Below, piece by piece: positions 55,733 through 57,779 of a DNA stretch of 57,779 nt. The stretch's first letter is position 1, and every line of letters begins with the position of its first letter. Source of the stretch: Candidatus Saccharimonadales bacterium (GTDB lineage: Bacteria > Patescibacteriota > Saccharimonadia > Saccharimonadales > JAUPVS01). The stretch lies in contig JBDSDR010000013.1 in NCBI GenBank assembly GCA_039920385.1, forward strand, positions 1 through 57,779, read 5' to 3'. Below the pieces are notes generated by a model. It saw only the letters and a program-made list of their open reading frames with translations, did no database searches and was not told the DNA's origin. The translations under genes and the position numbers were made by a program.

Positions 55733-56269
55733 ATGTCATCTGTTATCAACATTGCCGAGCTCGAACAACAGTTCAAAAAGGCCGCCGTCGTAGACGTCAA
55801 AAGCGGTGATACTGTTCGTGTTCACCAAAAAATTCGTGAAGGCGCCAAAGAGCGTGTTCAGATCTTTGAAGGTTTGGTTATTCGGGTTGATCGCAAAGCC
55901 AGCCACACTGCTTCACTAACTGTCCGCCGAATTTCTAGTGGTGTTGGTGTCGAAAAGACTTACTTGCTACATTCTCCTTTAGTTATGAAGATCGAAATTA
56001 TCAAGCGCAGCAAAGTTCGCCGCAATTACCTTAGTTACATGCGTGCTCGCACCGGTAAATCAGCTCGCTTAACTGGCATGGCTTTTGATAAAGAGGCCGT
56101 TAACGATGTTCACGACAAAAAGGCCGAAGCCGAAGAAGAAAAACTCAAAGAAGAAGTCGCTGCGGCTGCCGTAGCTGATGCCGAAAAGAAGCACCAAGAA
56201 GAGGCTAAGCTTGAGGCCAAAGCCGAAGAAGCGATCGCTAAGCACGACGAAGTCAAAGCCGAAAAGTAG
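55733..56269 (+). CDS. rplS: 50S ribosomal protein L19 with an Ala/Glu/Lys-rich C-terminal extension of about 60 aa
   Basis: GDTVRVHQKIREGAKERVQIFEGLVI...RRISSGVGVEKTYLLHSP...VRRNYLSYMR; 178 aa versus about 115 aa for typical L19. Confidence 0.9.
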   Translation: MSSVINIAELEQQFKKAAVVDVKSGDTVRVHQKIREGAKERVQIFEGLVIRVDRKASHTASLTVRRISSGVGVEKTYLLHSPLVMKIEIIKRSKVRRNYLSYMRARTGKSARLTGMAFDKEAVNDVHDKKAEAEEEKLKEEVAAAAVADAEKKHQEEAKLEAKAEEAIAKHDEVKAEK

Positions 56270-56290
56270 CAATTGTTAATTAGTTATTTA

Positions 56291-56316
56291 AACCGTCTCG
56301 ATTGAGGCGGTTTTTT
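56291..56316 (+). terminator. Rho-independent terminator after rplS
   Basis: Stem aaccgtctc (56291-56299) pairs with gaggcggtt (56304-56312): 9 bp with one G-U, loop gatt. T run at 56311-56316. Confidence 0.6.
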
Positions 56317-56330
56317 GTTACCATAAGGTT

Positions 56331-56885
56331 ATGATTGGAATTGATGAAGTTGGCAGGGGTTGTTGGGCGGGGCCATTGCTGGTGGTAGCAGCTCGCCAGG
56401 TCGGCGAACTTTCACCATTATTGGCTGACTCCAAGGTCCTTAGCAAAAAGAAGCGCCAAGCTTTGATGCATCCAATCGAGCAAACTTGCCAATTGGGCGA
56501 AGGTTGGGTTGAACCAGCCGAAATTGATGCCCTCGGCCTAACGGCTGCCATGCGCCTGGCAGTTAAACGGGCTTTGCAGGCACTTGATGCCCAACCTAAT
56601 GAGCCGATTATTATGGACGGCAATTTTAACTACTGCCCAGCGCAATACCTTAGTGTAGCTTGCGTCGTCGATGCCGATGCCGACTACCCAATTGTTAGCG
56701 CCGCCAGTATCTATGCCAAAGTTAAGCGCGATCAATTTATGACCGATCTCGCCGTAACAACCCCAGGCTACGGCTTCGAAAAACATGTTGGCTATGGCAC
56801 GAAAGCCCATATCGATGCCTTGAAGAAGCTTGGCGTCAGCTCTAACCACCGAAAATCATATAAACCAATCCAAGCTTTGTTATGA
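56331..56885 (+). CDS. rnhB: ribonuclease HII
   Basis: IGIDEVGRGCWAGPL...DSKVLS...ASIYAK. Confidence 0.9.
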   Translation: MIGIDEVGRGCWAGPLLVVAARQVGELSPLLADSKVLSKKKRQALMHPIEQTCQLGEGWVEPAEIDALGLTAAMRLAVKRALQALDAQPNEPIIMDGNFNYCPAQYLSVACVVDADADYPIVSAASIYAKVKRDQFMTDLAVTTPGYGFEKHVGYGTKAHIDALKKLGVSSNHRKSYKPIQALL

Positions 56886-57211
56886 ACACGACCGATGTTG
56901 GCAAGAGGGCTGAGGCACAAGCTGCAGCCTATTTACGGTGTAACGGCTACCAGATTATCGGTCAAAACTGGCGAATCCGTTATTGTGAAATTGATATTGT
57001 GGCTATAAAAAACCAGATAGTCTACTTTGTAGAAGTAAAATACCGATCACGTAGCCAGCAAGGCTCTGGGTTCGACTATATTACGCCAGCAAAACTGCAT
57101 CGGATGGAGTTTGCCGCTAAGGTGTGGACGCAGCACCACGACTGGCTAGGTGATTACCAGCTGGTTGCAGTCGAAGTTCAGCCCCAGAAAATACTGATGC
57201 AAATTATTTGA
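56882..57211 (+). CDS. yraN: YraN-family (UPF0102) endonuclease-like protein
   Basis: GKRAEAQAAAYL...GYQIIGQNWR...EIDIVA...VYFVEVKYR. Confidence 0.8.
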   Translation: MNTTDVGKRAEAQAAAYLRCNGYQIIGQNWRIRYCEIDIVAIKNQIVYFVEVKYRSRSQQGSGFDYITPAKLHRMEFAAKVWTQHHDWLGDYQLVAVEVQPQKILMQII

Positions 57212-57779
57212 AGAAATTTTGCAGGGGCTTAAGATCGCGCTTTTTCCAGGCCGATTGCCATTGAATTATCTCGACACCCTGATGGTAAGATCGTTCTAAA
57301 CCGGGTGTTAAGCGGGGCTTGAAGAATTTTTCATAATCTTTTAAGAATGATTGGTCGCTAAAGCAGCGTGCCGCATAGACCGGGAACCGCGAAAAGCTCA
57401 GGTCGGTGCCTAAGTTTTTGTTAAGCCAGTCCCAGTTTTTGGTCATCCATTGCCAGGTTAGTTGTTTGGCATGACGATTCATAAAGCTGTAAGCCACCCA
57501 GTAGCCAGCATCTTGCAAGCGAACATCTTTGGTAGTGATGAGTGCTAAAGAGGCTTTTATCAGTTCAGGCTGCTTAAAGCCAGTTAAGGCGGCCACTAAA
57601 GTTGTTCTTTCTTCACTCAAAGTGCTGTCATTATGAAGCTTCAAAAGTTTCTCAAAGGTTTGTTTGTCACCATGACGAGCATTTGTAGTATAGATTAGGC
57701 CGCGTAAGTCTGGTGGCAAATCCTCAGGTTGCTCCATCTTCTTAAAAGTGTCGAGACATTTTTTTACAACTTCGTGGTG
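57204..57779 (-). CDS. M1-family aminopeptidase, C-terminal ERAP1_C-like domain (partial; ORF runs off the window)
   Basis: The minus-strand frame is open from 57779 (HHEVVKKCLDTFKKMEQ...). The helical-repeat C-domain pattern (LVAALTGF...LQDAGYW...) is typical of aminopeptidase N C-termini. Confidence 0.6.
   Translation of the reverse strand, partial: HHEVVKKCLDTFKKMEQPEDLPPDLRGLIYTTNARHGDKQTFEKLLKLHNDSTLSEERTTLVAALTGFKQPELIKASLALITTKDVRLQDAGYWVAYSFMNRHAKQLTWQWMTKNWDWLNKNLGTDLSFSRFPVYAARCFSDQSFLKDYEKFFKPRLTPGLERSYHQGVEIIQWQSAWKKRDLKPLQNFFK

Noticed and set aside
1-57779. An alternative genetic code, with TGA recoded as in some CPR lineages.
   Set aside because: TGA terminates many well-delimited genes exactly where orthologs should end, and it participates in ATGA stop/start overlaps. 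Long conserved proteins (pheT, dnaE, uvrB, gatA/B) contain no in-frame TGA.
1-57779. tRNA, rRNA, tmRNA, CRISPR, reverse transcriptase/retron and transposase content.
   Set aside because: The intergenic spaces are short, mostly under 100 nt, and lack T-loop (GTTCRA) or cloverleaf signatures. There are no repeat-spacer arrays, and no ORF carries RT (YxDD) or DDE motifs. The few GGTTCGA-like strings lie inside CDSs.

Overview
This is a 57.8-kb, very gene-dense bacterial chromosomal window with about 66 CDS. Many genes are joined by ATGA or TAATG start/stop overlaps. It uses the standard genetic code, since TGA clearly acts as a stop.

The core content is housekeeping:
- pheT, uvrB, gatC-gatA-(small ORF)-gatB, galU, dnaE, rplS, rnhB, yraN, trxB plus a glutaredoxin-like gene, and ppa.
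- A compact glycolysis/pentose-phosphate cluster: gap, rpiB, an rpe-like gene, a split transketolase, class II fba and a PfkB kinase.
- A MacB-type ABC pair, an MsbA-type ABC exporter, a PilB/GspE ATPase, three NUDIX hydrolases plus a MazG-like enzyme, and many lineage-specific hypothetical proteins.

The reduced, overlapping gene style, the split tkt, the extended L19 and the absence of biosynthetic operons fit a small-genome Patescibacteria/CPR-type organism such as Saccharibacteria. That cannot be proven without a database search. I recognised no rRNA, tRNA, CRISPR array, integrase, transposase or reverse transcriptase.

The most interesting region is an AT-rich island of about 7 kb at 4415-11412. 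Its first gene starts on the pheT stop codon. It encodes an MmeI-like single-chain type IIG restriction-modification enzyme. Two unknown genes are translationally locked to it: one has an N-terminus resembling Abi-alpha, the other has a winged-helix fold. A DUF2779-type fused nuclease (Cas4-like PD-(D/E)XK domain plus a DEDD-like exonuclease domain) and a tail-anchored helical protein follow. This is my best candidate for an undescribed composite defence module.

Second-tier observations:
- A recurrent (TGn)TAnnnT -10 box sits 6-9 nt upstream of start codons, implying widespread leaderless mRNAs.
- A block of eight unassigned ORFs lies at 15316-20314.
- An unknown gene is coupled to a TIGR00725/SLOG gene.
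- A small ORF is wedged inside gatCAB.
- A nested palindrome of about 110 nt lies between the glutaredoxin-like gene and trxB.
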